Of a stretch of DNA of 64,000 bases, positions 10,349 to 20,508 are shown in pieces (the stretch's first letter is position 1; each line of letters begins with the position of its first letter). Where the stretch lies: the NCBI GenBank assembly GCA_048213135.1, contig PS015010.1:1054001-1118000 (forward strand), given 5' to 3'. A model generated the notes under the pieces. The model searched no databases. It worked only from the letters and a program-made list of their open reading frames with translations, and was not told the DNA's origin. Origin of the DNA: Reclinomonas americana ATCC 50394. Its lineage: Eukaryota. The position numbers and the translations under genes are program-made.

Positions 10349-12249
10349 TGATGAAGCGATACCTCGGCATAGTATTATTGGTGATAATGACGCAGTCCTG
10401 CGTGGCACAACGTCCTTTGTCGCAACAAATGGCGGCTACTGCCATGAATACCTGGAAAGATTCCTTTGCGCTTGACGGAAAGCCTGCCCGCTGGAGTTAC
10501 GACATGGGTGTGATCCTGAAAGGCATGGAAGGCATCTGGCTCAATACCGGTGATGTACAGTATTTCCGGTACATCCAAACCATGATGGATTTTTATATTG
10601 GCGAAGATGGAAGTATAAAGGGGTATCGTAAAGATGAATTCAATATCGATCATATTAACAACGGAAAACTGTGCCTGTTGCTGTACCGCGTTACGGGTAA
10701 GGAAAAGTATTTAAAAGCGGCGAACCTTCTTCGCCAGCAGTTGCGTGAACACCCTCGTACACAGGAAGGCGGTTTCTGGCATAAGAAAATATACACGAAC
10801 CAGATGTGGCTCGACGGCTTGTATATGGGTGAGCCTTTCTACGCAGAGTACGCCTGGCTGGCACATGAAGACACCGCTTTCAATGATATTGCCAACCAGT
10901 TTATCTGGATAGAAAAGCATACCCGTGATCCTAAAACAGGGTTACTGTACCATGCCTGGGACGAAAGTAAAACCCAGCAATGGGCCAATAAGGAAACCGG
11001 CACTTCTCCCAATTTCTGGGCCAGGGCCATGGGCTGGTATGGTGTAGCACTGGTGGATGTGCTCGATTATATACCCGCTAATCACCCGCAGCGCACAGCT
11101 TTGGTGGATATCCTCAATCGCTTCGTGGACGCCATCGCCAAAGTACAGGACAAGCCATCAGGGCTGTGGTACGACGTGCTGGATATGCCCAACCGCAAAG
11201 GCAATTATACAGAGGCTTCCGCTTCTTCCATGTTTGTATTTACCGTTGCCAAGGCGGTACGTAAAGGATATATACCTGCCACTAAGATCGACATCGCAAA
11301 AAAAGGATACGCCGGTATCGTTAAACAATTCATTAAAACGGAGAAGGGGCAAACCAACCTGTACGGCACTGTTAAGGTATCGGGACTGGGTGGCAATCCT
11401 TACCGCGACGGCAGCTTTGAATACTATATGAGTGAACCTGTGATCGTGAATGACCCTAAAGGTGTTGGCGCCTTCATCCTGGCCAGTAACGAGATGGAGA
11501 TGCTGCCCACCATGACTAACGGTAAGGGAAAGACGATTGTTATGGACAACTATTTCAATCGCGAAACCAAGAAAGACGCTTTCGGTAATACCATCGTACA
11601 TCATTACAAATGGTGGGAGCAGGACAATGGTGGTTTCTCTTTTATGAACCATGTTATTGAAAAGAACGGCGCCAGAACTGCCGTACTGGATGCGGCTCCC
11701 ACAGCGGAGAACCTGAAAGGGGCGGATATTTTCTTTTTGATAGATCCCGACTGGCCCAAGGAGAACAAAACCCCGAATTATATAGAACCGCAGCACATTG
11801 AGGCATTATACAACTGGGTGAAAAATGGAGGCGTACTGGTGATGATGGCCAACGACAGCAATAACGTGGAGTTTACCCGTTACAACCAGCTTGCGGCAAA
11901 ATTCGGTATGCATTTTAATGAAAATATGCGCCACGATGTAATCGACAACCAGTTTGAACAAGGGGCTTTACCCATTGCTGCCGGGCATCCTGTTTTTAAA
12001 AATGTAAAGAAGGTGTTCATCAAACAACTGTGCACGCAAACGCTCAGTAAACCGGCTGTATCTGTGTATACCGAAAATAATGAAGTATTGATGAGCTGGG
12101 CTAAAATAGGCAAGGGTACTGTGTTTGCAGTAGGTGACCCCTGGTTTTATAATGAGTATGTAGACGGAAGGAAGATACCGGCACAATATGAGAATTATAA
12201 AGCTGCCAATGATCTTGTCCTCTGGTTATTACAACAAGTAAAGAAATAG
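10345..12249 (+). CDS. Unsaturated rhamnogalacturonyl hydrolase (GH105) fused to a C-terminal DUF4350/GATase-like domain
   Basis: GGFWHK, QMWLDGLYM, LYHAWD, FWARAMGW and EASAS GH105 motifs; about 240 extra C-terminal residues ending in FAVGDPW. Confidence 0.9.
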   Translation: MMMKRYLGIVLLVIMTQSCVAQRPLSQQMAATAMNTWKDSFALDGKPARWSYDMGVILKGMEGIWLNTGDVQYFRYIQTMMDFYIGEDGSIKGYRKDEFNIDHINNGKLCLLLYRVTGKEKYLKAANLLRQQLREHPRTQEGGFWHKKIYTNQMWLDGLYMGEPFYAEYAWLAHEDTAFNDIANQFIWIEKHTRDPKTGLLYHAWDESKTQQWANKETGTSPNFWARAMGWYGVALVDVLDYIPANHPQRTALVDILNRFVDAIAKVQDKPSGLWYDVLDMPNRKGNYTEASASSMFVFTVAKAVRKGYIPATKIDIAKKGYAGIVKQFIKTEKGQTNLYGTVKVSGLGGNPYRDGSFEYYMSEPVIVNDPKGVGAFILASNEMEMLPTMTNGKGKTIVMDNYFNRETKKDAFGNTIVHHYKWWEQDNGGFSFMNHVIEKNGARTAVLDAAPTAENLKGADIFFLIDPDWPKENKTPNYIEPQHIEALYNWVKNGGVLVMMANDSNNVEFTRYNQLAAKFGMHFNENMRHDVIDNQFEQGALPIAAGHPVFKNVKKVFIKQLCTQTLSKPAVSVYTENNEVLMSWAKIGKGTVFAVGDPWFYNEYVDGRKIPAQYENYKAANDLVLWLLQQVKK

Positions 12250-12250
12250 T

Positions 12251-14275
12251 ATGAAACAGGTGATGATGGTATGGATTTCCTGCCTGCTGGCGTTTGTAAC
12301 GTCTGCACAAACAACTATTGTTGTAGCGCAGGATGGCTCCGGTAATTTTAAAACCATACAGGAGGCCATCAACAGTCTGCCCGCTGATGCCCAATCGGAA
12401 AGGGTGATCCAGGTTCGTAAAGGAACGTATAAAGAGAAACTGTTTATCGATAAGAATTTCATCACGCTGTACGGCGAAGACCCTAAAAATACAATCATTA
12501 CCATCGCGTTGGCCAGGGACGAATGGCGCTGCGCCAACCGCGACGATTACGGTACGGCTACCATCAACCTCAAAGGTAGCGACATTACTTTGCAGAACCT
12601 GTCGTTCAGCAATACGTACGGAAAGGACGTTACAGAAAATAAAGAGATCGACTGTCCGAACGACAGCAACAAAAGAAAATCGATCCGCCCGGTAGGACAC
12701 CAGATGGCCTTGCGCTCCTTTGCCACCACAAGATTAAAAGTGATCAATTGCATTTTTACCGCGTATGGCGGCGATACCGTCAGCCCGTGGAACACCGAGA
12801 ATGGTATGTTCTATTTTAAGGACTGTACCATGGAAGGCGGAGTTGATTTTTACTGTCCCAGGGGTTGGGCCTATGCTGAGAATTGCACGTTCATCTGCCA
12901 CAATAAAGAGGCCGCCATCTGGCATGATGGCTCTGCCAATCCGTCCAGCAAAACCGTACTGGTGAATTGTAACTTTGTTGGTGATGACGGCTTCAAACTC
13001 GGCCGCTATCACCGGGATGCCCAGTTCTACCTGGTCAATTGCCGCTTCGCGAAGAATATGGCCGACGCGGACATTTATCAACGCGAGAACAACCCGCCAA
13101 CACCCGTTAAATGGGGCAAACGCGTATACTATTATGACTGTCACCGTACCGGTGGTGATTACGCCTGGCACAGCAATAACCTGCCCGCCGGCACCGGTAT
13201 CAATGATATTTCCTCTGCCTGGGCTTACGATTACAAATGGAAACCTGTACCCGAAAAACGGGTAACTGAATTACAGGAAGAGGCCGTTGCCATAACGGCC
13301 AACACCGATTCCATCGCCGAGAACATGCTCCTGTACCAGCGTGCCAATGGCGGCTGGCCCAAACATTTCCAGGGTGATAAAGTGGATTACAAACATACCC
13401 TTACACCGGAAGAGTTGAAGAAACTGCAGTTGGGCTACCAGTCAGGCATAGACGCTACGATCGACAATGAGGCCACTTCCAAAGAGATCAAGTACCTCGT
13501 CAAAGCGTTCAAACGCACGCAGAACAAGGCTTACCTGCAGGCGGCGGAAAAAGGAATTGACTATCTGCTCAAAGCGCAGTATGCCAATGGTGGCTGGCCG
13601 CAGTTCTATCCCGATTTCAGCAGTTACCGCAGCCAGGTTACTTACAACGATAACGCCATGGTGAATGTGCTGAATATTATGCAGGACATCGTGGAGCGCA
13701 AAAATGATTTTCACCAGGTAAACCCGGACTATATTCCTAAAGCGAAGGAAGCGGTGAAAAGAGGTATCGATTGTATACTGGCCACGCAGCTGAAACAAAA
13801 AGGACAACTCACTGCCTGGTGTGCGCAGTACAACGCGAAAACACTGCAACCCGAGCAGGCCAGGAAGTTTGAACTGGTTTCATTGAGTGGTAGTGAGTCG
13901 GTGGGCATTGTTCGTTTTTTGATGCGTGTTGATAACCCATCTGAAGCCATCATCAATGCGGTGAAATCAGCGGTGAAATGGTTCGATAAAGTGAAGATAG
14001 TGGGTTACAATTTTGTGGATGTAGTGGCGCCATCTGAACCCAATGGTAAAGACAGGATACTGAAACCGGACCCCGGATCTGTGATCTGGGCCAGGTTCTA
14101 CGATGTGGACACCAATGAGCCTTTCTTCACGGGCCGCGACAGTATCCGTAAAAAAACAGTGGCGGAAATAGAGAATGAAAGAAGGACCGGTTATGCCTGG
14201 TACGGCAACTGGCCGGCGAAATTGCTGGAAAAGGAATACCCGGAGTGGACAACCCGGCATCACATCAGTCAATAG
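12251..14275 (+). CDS. Fusion: CE8-like pectin methylesterase + PL10 pectate lyase (PelA-type)
   Basis: N-terminal GTYKEKL, DTV, DFYCPRG and LGR; C-terminal GGWPK, ATIDN, NGGWPQ, TYND, ARKFE, WARFY and ERRTGY PL10 motifs. Confidence 0.92.
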   Translation: MKQVMMVWISCLLAFVTSAQTTIVVAQDGSGNFKTIQEAINSLPADAQSERVIQVRKGTYKEKLFIDKNFITLYGEDPKNTIITIALARDEWRCANRDDYGTATINLKGSDITLQNLSFSNTYGKDVTENKEIDCPNDSNKRKSIRPVGHQMALRSFATTRLKVINCIFTAYGGDTVSPWNTENGMFYFKDCTMEGGVDFYCPRGWAYAENCTFICHNKEAAIWHDGSANPSSKTVLVNCNFVGDDGFKLGRYHRDAQFYLVNCRFAKNMADADIYQRENNPPTPVKWGKRVYYYDCHRTGGDYAWHSNNLPAGTGINDISSAWAYDYKWKPVPEKRVTELQEEAVAITANTDSIAENMLLYQRANGGWPKHFQGDKVDYKHTLTPEELKKLQLGYQSGIDATIDNEATSKEIKYLVKAFKRTQNKAYLQAAEKGIDYLLKAQYANGGWPQFYPDFSSYRSQVTYNDNAMVNVLNIMQDIVERKNDFHQVNPDYIPKAKEAVKRGIDCILATQLKQKGQLTAWCAQYNAKTLQPEQARKFELVSLSGSESVGIVRFLMRVDNPSEAIINAVKSAVKWFDKVKIVGYNFVDVVAPSEPNGKDRILKPDPGSVIWARFYDVDTNEPFFTGRDSIRKKTVAEIENERRTGYAWYGNWPAKLLEKEYPEWTTRHHISQ

Positions 14276-14297
14276 AGAAAAGATATAAAGCAGCGTT

Positions 14298-15818
14298 ATG
14301 ATATTATCGAGGTATACATTAAAGAACATAGATCCGGCAAAAGTGCAGGTGCCCGCGCAACCGATTTTTGACCTGCCGGAAAAAGTGCTGCAATTCGGAA
14401 CCGGCGTGCTGCTCCGCGGCCTGCCGGATTATTTTATCGATAAAGCGAATAAGCAGGGACTGTTCAACGGTCGCATTGTAGTGGTGAAATCCACCAATGG
14501 CGGCGATATGGACGCTTTTGAAAAACAGGACGGCCTGTACACCTTATGCGTAAGAGGAGTGGAACAGGGCGTTAAAAAAGAAGAGAACATCATCTGTGCT
14601 TCCATCAGCCGGGTACTGTCGGCCCGCAAGGAATGGGACAGCATACTGGCATGTGCGCACAACCCCGACCTGCAGGTGATCATTTCCAATACAACCGAAG
14701 TAGGAATAGAGCTGCTCGCTACGGATGACATCCGCAAACACCCGCCGGTTTCCTTCCCGGGTAAACTGTTGGCTTTCCTGTATGAGCGATACAAAGCATT
14801 CGATGGCAGTCCGCAGTGTGGTATGGTTATTATTCCTACAGAACTGATCGTTGACAACGGTACCAAACTCGAATCTATCGTTACCGAACTTGCCTATCTG
14901 AACGGCCTTGATGAGTCATTCATCGACTGGCTGGAAAAGAATAACCATTTCTGCAATTCGCTTGTCGACCGTATTGTACCCGGCAGGCCCGAACCCGCAG
15001 TACAGGCGGCTATGGAGCGTGAGTTGGGTTATACTGATGACCTGCTGACGGTAAGTGAATGTTACCGCCTCTGGGCCATTGAGGCCGATGAAACCGCGGC
15101 ACGGATGCTGAGTTTTGCCGGTGCCGATGAAGGAGTTGTGGTAACAAAGGATATCAATCTTTTTCGTGAACTGAAATTGCGCCTGCTCAATGGTACACAT
15201 ACCCTCAGTTGCGCAGTGGCTTTTCTTTCCGGTTTTGCTACCGTTCGCTCTGCTATGGACGACGGATCGCTGAAACAATATATTACCGCGATGATGAAAG
15301 AGGAATTGTCGCCGTCGATACCTTACCCGGTGGAAGCCGCTGCAGCAGCGGATTTTGCTGCCAGTGTGGCCGACCGGTTTGCCAACCCGCATATCGAGCA
15401 TCCCTGGATCAGCATCAGTGTACAATACTCTTCCAAACTGCGGATGCGGGTGCTGCCGTTGCTGAACAGGTATTACGAACAGTTTGACACGGTTCCTGAA
15501 AGCATGGCCCTCGGGTTCGCAGCTTACATCCGTTTTATGAAAATAGACAGGGAAGAGGCCGGTAATTACCAGGCCAGTTATAATGGCGCCGCTTACCTGG
15601 TCAAAGATGATAAAGCCGAACAACTCCGGGAAAAATGGATGAACTTTCCTGCTTCGCAAATGGCCGTTGCTGTGTTACAGGACACCGGCCTGTGGGGAGA
15701 AGACCTGACCCGTTTTCCCGGCTTCGCGGAAGCCGTTCAGGAAAAACTGGACGACATCATGAATAAAGGTATGGCAGCCTGCCTGCTGAATACCGCCACC
15801 AAAAAAATAGTAGCATAG
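14298..15818 (+). CDS. uxaB: Tagaturonate reductase (altronate oxidoreductase)
   Basis: EKVLQFGTG, ISNTTE, SFPGKL, VDRIVPG, KLRLLNGTHT, RFANP. Confidence 0.95.
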   Translation: MILSRYTLKNIDPAKVQVPAQPIFDLPEKVLQFGTGVLLRGLPDYFIDKANKQGLFNGRIVVVKSTNGGDMDAFEKQDGLYTLCVRGVEQGVKKEENIICASISRVLSARKEWDSILACAHNPDLQVIISNTTEVGIELLATDDIRKHPPVSFPGKLLAFLYERYKAFDGSPQCGMVIIPTELIVDNGTKLESIVTELAYLNGLDESFIDWLEKNNHFCNSLVDRIVPGRPEPAVQAAMERELGYTDDLLTVSECYRLWAIEADETAARMLSFAGADEGVVVTKDINLFRELKLRLLNGTHTLSCAVAFLSGFATVRSAMDDGSLKQYITAMMKEELSPSIPYPVEAAAAADFAASVADRFANPHIEHPWISISVQYSSKLRMRVLPLLNRYYEQFDTVPESMALGFAAYIRFMKIDREEAGNYQASYNGAAYLVKDDKAEQLREKWMNFPASQMAVAVLQDTGLWGEDLTRFPGFAEAVQEKLDDIMNKGMAACLLNTATKKIVA

Positions 15819-15834
15819 CAATAAAACAGAACTT

Positions 15835-17475
15835 GTGAAACAGCGGGTATTAAAAGTAAACAGTAACGATAACATCATAGTCGCGTTGACCGGCCTGGTG
15901 AAAGGAGAAGAAGTGCAGTACAATGGCGAGACGTTTGTATTGCCGGAAGATATTGGTGCCAAACATAAATTCTATGAACGCGATATGCAACCGGGTGAGC
16001 CCGTGTTTATGTATGGCGTGCTCGTAGGCAAGGTGCAGGTGCCTGTACAAAAAGGCAGCCGCGTCAGCACCGATAACCTCAAGCATGCGGCCGATCCTTA
16101 CGTGTTCCGCCCTTCGCATTATACCTGGGAAGCGCCGGATGTATCCAAATTCAAAAGCAGGACATTCAATGGTTATCACCGCAGCGACGGCAGGGTAGGA
16201 ACCGCCAATTACTGGCTGTTCATTCCCACTGTTTTTTGTGAGAACCGCAACCTGGATGTCATCCGCGAAGCCCTGCACAATGAGCTGGGTTACGCTGTTA
16301 CCGCAAAATATAAAAGCTATACCCGTCACCTGCTCGAAGCTTACCGGCAGGGCGGTGACCTGCAGAGCATCGACCTGTCTCCATCATTAACCGCCCGCCA
16401 GCAGCGGCCATTTCCCAATATCGATGGTATCAAGTTTTTAAATCACCAGGGCGGATGCGGCGGCATCAGGCAGGATGCGGCGGTGCTGGGTAAACTGCTG
16501 GCCGCTTATGCCGATCACCCCAACGTGGCCGGTGTAACCGTACTCAGCCTGGGTTGCCAGAACCTGCAGGTAAATGATTTTACGACTTACCTAAAAGAAC
16601 GCAATCCTTCTTTTAATAAACCGCTTCATATCTTTGAACAGCAACAGTCGCAAAGCGAAGAGCAACTTATCGCCGAAGCCATACGTGTTACGTTTGAAGG
16701 ACTGGTGGAAGCGAATAAAACGGAAAGGCAGCCTGCTTCACTCGACAAACTGGTTGTTGGCGTGAAATGCGGTGGCAGCGATGGTTTCAGCGGTATATCG
16801 GCCAACCCGGCGGTAGGGCATTGCTCCGATCTGCTGGTGGCATTGGGTGCTAAAGTGCTGCTGGCCGAATTCCCGGAATTGTGCGGTGTGGAACAGGAGC
16901 TGATCGACAGGACAGTGAAAGAATCCGCCGCGAAAAAATTCATCTCCCTCATGCAAAGCTACAGCGAGTCAGCATTGAACGCCGGTTCAGGATTCCATAT
17001 GAACCCTTCGCCGGGTAATATCAAGGACGGTCTTATTACGGATGCTATTAAAAGCGCGGGGGCTGCAAAAAAAGGAGGCACATCGCCGGTAGTGGATGTG
17101 CTCGATTATACAGAACCCGCCACAGAACCGGGACTTAATCTGGTGTGTACGCCGGGTAACGATGTGGAGGCTACCACGGGCAAAGCAGCCAGCGGCGCCA
17201 CATTGATATTGTTTACCACCGGGCTGGGTACACCTACAGGTAATCCTGTATGTCCAACGATCAAAGTGGCCACCAACAGCGGACTGGCAAGGCGTATGGC
17301 CGATATCATCGACATTGATTGCGGACCGGTGATAGAAGGGGAGAAGACGATTGAAGAAATGGGAGAAGATATTCTCGACTATTGTATACATGCCGCCAGC
17401 GGTGAAGTTATTCCCAAAGCAGTGGCGCTCAACCAGGATGATTTTATACCGTGGAAACGCGGCGTCAGCCTGTAA
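15835..17475 (+). CDS. uxaA: Altronate dehydratase (UxaA family)
   Basis: N-terminal SAF domain, KCGGSDGFSGISANP, NPSPGN, FTTGLGTP. Confidence 0.95.
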   Translation: MKQRVLKVNSNDNIIVALTGLVKGEEVQYNGETFVLPEDIGAKHKFYERDMQPGEPVFMYGVLVGKVQVPVQKGSRVSTDNLKHAADPYVFRPSHYTWEAPDVSKFKSRTFNGYHRSDGRVGTANYWLFIPTVFCENRNLDVIREALHNELGYAVTAKYKSYTRHLLEAYRQGGDLQSIDLSPSLTARQQRPFPNIDGIKFLNHQGGCGGIRQDAAVLGKLLAAYADHPNVAGVTVLSLGCQNLQVNDFTTYLKERNPSFNKPLHIFEQQQSQSEEQLIAEAIRVTFEGLVEANKTERQPASLDKLVVGVKCGGSDGFSGISANPAVGHCSDLLVALGAKVLLAEFPELCGVEQELIDRTVKESAAKKFISLMQSYSESALNAGSGFHMNPSPGNIKDGLITDAIKSAGAAKKGGTSPVVDVLDYTEPATEPGLNLVCTPGNDVEATTGKAASGATLILFTTGLGTPTGNPVCPTIKVATNSGLARRMADIIDIDCGPVIEGEKTIEEMGEDILDYCIHAASGEVIPKAVALNQDDFIPWKRGVSL

Positions 17476-17501
17476 TCATGAATGACTAATTAGAATTACG
17501 A

Positions 17502-18902
17502 ATGAAAGCATTTCTGGACGATAATTTTTTACTGCACACCCGCACGGCGCAAACGCTTTACCATGAGTATGCGAAAGACATGCCCATCATAGATTATCAC
17601 AATCACCTGCCGCCACAGCAAATAGCAGACGATATTAATTTCGCCAATCTTACGCAGGTATGGTTGTATGGTGATCACTACAAGTGGAGGGCTATGCGCA
17701 CCAATGGCATCGACGAAAGCTATTGCACCGGCAGCCGCGGCGATTACGAGAAGTTTGAACAATGGGCGGCCACCGTACCTTATACGTTGCGCAATCCGCT
17801 GTATCACTGGACACACCTGGAGTTGCAGCGTTATTTCAATATCGGCCAGTTACTCGATCCTTCTTCTTCAAAAGAGATTTATGAAAAGGCTACCGCGTTG
17901 CTGCAAACACCAGAATACAGCGTAAGGGGCCTGTTGCGTAAGATGAATGTAAAAGCGCTCTGCACCACCGATGATCCTGTTGATTCACTCGAATTCCATA
18001 AGAAGATAAAAGACGACGGTTTTGAAGTGAAAGTGCTGCCCGCTTACCGGCCGGATAAAGCGATGAATGTGGACGATGCGGTTACCTTCAACGATTATGT
18101 AAGCCGCCTCGAAGCTGTTGCTGATGTTTCCATTGGCAGCTATACGGAATACCTGGAAGCATTAAAAAAACGCCACGACTTCTTTCACAGCATGGGCGCT
18201 ATTGTAAGTGATCATGGCCTGGAACAGTTGTACGCTGAGGATTTCACCGATGCCGACATCAACCGCATCTTCAATAAGATCCGCGGCGGGCAGGAACTGG
18301 GCCTGCAGGAGAACCTTCAATTCCGTTCGGCCATGTTGCTGGAATTTGCCCGCTGGGATCATGAGAAAGGATGGGTGCAGCAATTTCACCTCGGCGCATT
18401 GCGTAACAACAACAGCCGTCGTTTGCGTGAACTCGGGCCGGATACGGGCTGGGATTCCATTGGTGATTTTTCTCAGGCCAAAGCACTGGCGAAATTCCTC
18501 AACCGCCTGGATAATGATAACCAGTTGGCAAAGACCATTCTCTATAACCTCAATCCTGCGGATAATGAACTTTTTGCTACTATGATCGGTAACTACAACG
18601 ATGGCAGCGTAGCCGGCAAAATACAGTTTGGCTCAGGCTGGTGGTTCCTCGATCAGAAAGATGGCATGACCAAACAGATCAACGCCCTCAGCAATATGGG
18701 ACTGCTCAGCCGTTTTGTGGGTATGCTCACCGATTCCAGGAGCTTCCTTTCCTTCCCGCGGCACGAATATTTCAGGCGGCTGCTCTGCAATATGTTTGGC
18801 AATGAAATAGAGAACGGTGAACTGCCTGCCGACATTGCCTGGACGGGTAAGGTCATACAGGACATCTGTTATAACAACGCGAAGAACTATTTTGGTTTGT
18901 AA
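17502..18902 (+). CDS. uxaC: Uronate isomerase
   Basis: IIDYHNHL, GDHYKWRAMR, CTTDDP, WWFLD, GMLTDSRSFLS. Confidence 0.97.
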   Translation: MKAFLDDNFLLHTRTAQTLYHEYAKDMPIIDYHNHLPPQQIADDINFANLTQVWLYGDHYKWRAMRTNGIDESYCTGSRGDYEKFEQWAATVPYTLRNPLYHWTHLELQRYFNIGQLLDPSSSKEIYEKATALLQTPEYSVRGLLRKMNVKALCTTDDPVDSLEFHKKIKDDGFEVKVLPAYRPDKAMNVDDAVTFNDYVSRLEAVADVSIGSYTEYLEALKKRHDFFHSMGAIVSDHGLEQLYAEDFTDADINRIFNKIRGGQELGLQENLQFRSAMLLEFARWDHEKGWVQQFHLGALRNNNSRRLRELGPDTGWDSIGDFSQAKALAKFLNRLDNDNQLAKTILYNLNPADNELFATMIGNYNDGSVAGKIQFGSGWWFLDQKDGMTKQINALSNMGLLSRFVGMLTDSRSFLSFPRHEYFRRLLCNMFGNEIENGELPADIAWTGKVIQDICYNNAKNYFGL

Positions 18903-19003
18903 GAACGCCGCGGCGTTTCATTACTCATTTTCTTCAATTCATAACCGTTGTCGTTTAACAGCAATGCGGTGCTTTCTACTTTTGCCTGGCAATCTTGTCA
19001 GCC

Positions 19004-19363
19004 ATGAACAAAATAACAAACCCGCTGCTGGTGATTGGTATCATCATCTCATTTGCAGCTATTATTACCGGTTGTTACAGCAGCAGCCGGTTAAGCAATG
19101 ACCCCGCCATAAGAGGTGTATGGAACATGCAGAACCACGCATCCGTAAAATCTATCTCCCTTGTCGATGATGGTTCCCTGTTACTGCAAAAGAGTAACGA
19201 CAGTCTGTATGAAGGTCAGTATAAAACAAACGGTAATCACCTGCTCATTAAAGAACATGCCGGAATGCAGGACTGGCTTGATTTCCGGTATACAGTCCGG
19301 CATGATTCACTGGTGCTGGATAATGGCCTTAAACGCTTTATCCTGAAAAGAAACGATCGTTAG
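19004..19363 (+). CDS. Hypothetical lipoprotein (lipocalin-like beta protein)
   Basis: Hydrophobic leader ending in an ITGC lipobox; IRGVW motif. Confidence 0.65.
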   Translation: MNKITNPLLVIGIIISFAAIITGCYSSSRLSNDPAIRGVWNMQNHASVKSISLVDDGSLLLQKSNDSLYEGQYKTNGNHLLIKEHAGMQDWLDFRYTVRHDSLVLDNGLKRFILKRNDR

Positions 19364-19364
19364 G

Positions 19365-20147
19365 TTACACCCTTCCCAGCCATTCCAGTATATAATCCGC
19401 ATCTTCTTTCCAGGTAGACTGTCCCAATACAAAGTGATTGCGTCCTGCAAATTCTTTATACTCAAGAACGGAATCGTTCTTCGCATATTTTTTGAAATTG
19501 CGCCTGTTCAGGTGTGCGGGAATGATGGTGTCTTTATCGCCTGCCGTGATCAATAGCGGCGGGTGTGATTTTTTGAAATCAACTTTAGCGGCGCTGCTCA
19601 GGCCGCCACGGGCCACCGTCTTCGATTCGGGGATGGTGAATTTATCATAAGCCGCCTGCTGTTCTTCCAGCGGCATGCCATTTACAAAAGCGTACTGCCA
19701 GTCTTTAAACGACATCAGGTAGGTTTTCTTCAACGATGTAAACAAGCCCAGCGCTTTCCAGCCTGCTTTTAAAAAGGAGAACTCGTAAGGAAATATACCC
19801 TGCGGCGGAACGGGGTGTATCGCCGCCCCGGCAGCCACCAGGTCGCGGTTCACGAGTATCTGCGTGATCAGCCCGCCAAGGGAATGCCCGATGGCAATGG
19901 GTTTCTCCGGGTAACTTTTTACAATGCCGGCATAGTGTTCCACCAGTTCGTGCAAGGTAAGCGCCGCCAGGTCGGTGTCGTTGGGCTGGCGGTTGCGGAG
20001 TTCTTCTGCTGTACCATCTTTAAAAGGCCACGCCGGTGCAATGGTGGAGTAGCCTTTGCTTTCAAAGTAGGGCCGCCATTCATCCCAGCAGCCATTGGTA
20101 ACGAAGGCGCCGGTAACAAAAACGATGTTTTTGGATGTGATGCTCAT
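19365..20147 (-). CDS. Alpha/beta hydrolase (non-heme haloperoxidase/esterase-like)
   Basis: GHSLGG elbow, Asp in GDKDT, His in GRNH. Confidence 0.88.
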   Translation of the reverse strand: MSITSKNIVFVTGAFVTNGCWDEWRPYFESKGYSTIAPAWPFKDGTAEELRNRQPNDTDLAALTLHELVEHYAGIVKSYPEKPIAIGHSLGGLITQILVNRDLVAAGAAIHPVPPQGIFPYEFSFLKAGWKALGLFTSLKKTYLMSFKDWQYAFVNGMPLEEQQAAYDKFTIPESKTVARGGLSSAAKVDFKKSHPPLLITAGDKDTIIPAHLNRRNFKKYAKNDSVLEYKEFAGRNHFVLGQSTWKEDADYILEWLGRV

Positions 20148-20361
20148 GTTGCATGTTTTATTTGGTGATTAAGGGGGATGCAAAGCAACAGCAGGTCTTC
20201 CTTTCGGAACCTTTGGCACAGGCAGTGATCACATAAAAGCAACCGGGTAAATCAGTAACGCGACAGGGGCTGACGCACGGTAAGACTTCTGTAAATATAA
20301 GAAACAGGTAGCATCTTGTTTAACTTTTCTGAAATATTATGATGTTTTGATAAAACGAAGC

Positions 20362-20454
20362 GGGGCGTGTCCCGCCGGTTGCGGGCCGGGCTATTCACTT
20401 CAAGTCCTCGTCACCTGCGGTTCCTGCGGGCTTTCCGTTACTATCCCTCACGCA
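20362..20454 (+). ncRNA. Structured intergenic element resembling the Bacteroidota Flavo-1 RNA motif/repeat
   Basis: GGGCGTG...GGGCTATTC...CAAGTCCTCG...CTGCGGGCTTTCCG...CTATCCCTCACGC. Terminal GCGTG/CACGC pairing and a CCCGC/GCGGG hairpin are visible. The family name is recalled, not searched. Confidence 0.5.
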
Positions 20455-20508
20455 AAACGCCCACCGTCCTTTGATACCTACCATGCGTTCCGAAGGAACG
20501 CCGCCGTT

